From Euglena gracilis (lineage: Eukaryota): a stretch of DNA of 64,000 nt. Position 1 is the first letter of the stretch. Each line of letters opens with the position of its first letter. This document shows positions 62,751-64,000 of this stretch, in pieces. Under the pieces are notes generated by a model, which was given only the letters and a program-made list of their open reading frames with translations, was not told the origin of the DNA and did no database searches. The position numbers were made by a program, and so were the translations under genes. The stretch spans positions 32,326,012 through 32,390,011 of the forward strand of contig CP154954.1 in the NCBI GenBank assembly GCA_039621445.1, in the 5' to 3' direction.

Positions 62751-64000
62751 TCACCTGCCTTTATCGGCTGGGCGTTCGCGCACCTCACGCCAGTAGTCGT
62801 GTTGGGGGTCCCCTAATGGGTCCTCAACCAACTCCAGTTGGCGTGGGGAACGCGGCGGAGCTGATTCACTCCGAATGGTGTTGAGCTCCGGATCGTTGAC
62901 ATCAAAGGAAGGGGTCTCCCAGTCCTTGATCCAATTATCCGGCAGCTTCTCCCTGGTACGTTCAGCATGATGCTGAAGATAACGTTGGAGTTGCTCCCAG
63001 AAAATTCTGGGCAGCATCACCGGCCAGATGATGTAATTCATCCGGGGGTGATTCGCAGGCACCTGCGGGGGCATCCCCGGGGTCTGCTTGAAGTTGATGT
63101 CATACATCCACCTCGCTGTCCGAGCTCTTGCGGTATGGGGCCGTAATACAGCCGCCAACCAACCTCTGAAGTCCACCAAATCGTGTTCTTCAGGAGGCCA
63201 CAGTGGCAAGGCGTATCCGCCATGCTGACGCTTGGAGAACAGGGGGTAAACCTGTGTCTCCCAGTCGCCATCAGTCCAGAGGTAAGGCATTCTTACCTTG
63301 GCGTGTTCCTCGACGGCGAGGCGCATTGCCCCAGCGTCGATCTGGAACTCACGGGCCATTCCCGTGTGGCGGTAGCTTTCTACCTTTCGGAAGTCGGAGT
63401 GCTTCAGGCGGCCTTCCACCTGCTTGTACTCCTTCTTCCACTTCTCCAATGTCTCCCAGTGCTGGGGGACAATGGTGGCGACTGCTCCATCAGCAGTCTG
63501 CACGAACTTGCCTCCTATACAGTTGATGCACAAGGCAGGGATATCCCTGTCGTGAGCATTCTCACTGTAGGAGTAGTTCAAGCTGTGCTTCCAGGCATTC
63601 AGGCACTCGCCACATACGAGCGCCACACAGTTCGGCACATATGCCCTGTGGTGGAACCACGAGGATTGCACCTGCCGCTTGCACACATGCACAAGCGGTT
63701 GGTTGTGCCGCACATGGTGGCACACGGTGCACGTCCAGGCAAAGGACGTGCCGTGCTGGAAATCCAACACGCAGTCCTCGCCAAAGTACTGTGCCAGTAC
63801 TCTGGGTGAGCGCCTGTTCCAGAATGTCCAGGTATGTTCCGGGACATAGTGGAAAGGTTCTCCGCGGACGAAGAGGGGCTGAATCCATCGATTCAGTGAC
63901 CCTGTCTGGTGCCTAATAGCAGCCAGTTTCTTCGTCCTCTCTTCCACGGTACCTAGTCTGGTCAGGATATCCTGGGTCCAGAGCTGGGCATCCGCAGACA
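62751..64000 (-). CDS. Intronless ORF (>415 aa, open at the window edge) with a Cys/His cluster; terminal ORF of the putative LTR element
   Basis: The frame stays open beyond 63947 to the edge. It contains CTVC...HVC...C..VCGEC...CINC, and its stop lies 6 nt before the putative LTR. Confidence 0.7.
   Translation of the reverse strand, partial: SADAQLWTQDILTRLGTVEERTKKLAAIRHQTGSLNRWIQPLFVRGEPFHYVPEHTWTFWNRRSPRVLAQYFGEDCVLDFQHGTSFAWTCTVCHHVRHNQPLVHVCKRQVQSSWFHHRAYVPNCVALVCGECLNAWKHSLNYSYSENAHDRDIPALCINCIGGKFVQTADGAVATIVPQHWETLEKWKKEYKQVEGRLKHSDFRKVESYRHTGMAREFQIDAGAMRLAVEEHAKVRMPYLWTDGDWETQVYPLFSKRQHGGYALPLWPPEEHDLVDFRGWLAAVLRPHTARARTARWMYDINFKQTPGMPPQVPANHPRMNYIIWPVMLPRIFWEQLQRYLQHHAERTREKLPDNWIKDWETPSFDVNDPELNTIRSESAPPRSPRQLELVEDPLGDPQHDYWREVRERPADKGR

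Overview
Eukaryotic nuclear DNA, almost certainly euglenid (Euglena-like). The evidence is a euglenozoan-type mitochondrial OSCP gene, plus conventional GT-AG introns mixed with euglenid non-conventional introns (5' NNNCAG...CTGNNNNN 3') that restore reading frames. Three host genes were reconstructed by hand: (i) a large GC-rich multi-exon gene of unknown function (~8322-37200, +); (ii) an intronless ribosomal protein eL39 gene (38473-38628, -); (iii) ATP synthase OSCP (38704-56823, +, 8 exons, 267 aa), head-to-head with eL39. The introns are packed with MITEs, a foldback element carrying a PHD-finger remnant, satellites and tRNA-like sequences, and the window ends in a nested LTR retroelement. 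The most unusual region is 1-8078, which appears to be a large DNA transposon. It encodes a divergent DDE-like transposase and a 5-exon ParB/Srx-like protein. It carries about 19 copies of an 18-bp palindrome (consensus AATGCGCAnnTGCGCATT) found only in introns and intergenic spacers, which resembles a ParB/parS arrangement inside a eukaryotic transposon. All family assignments come from visual motif recognition, not database searches.
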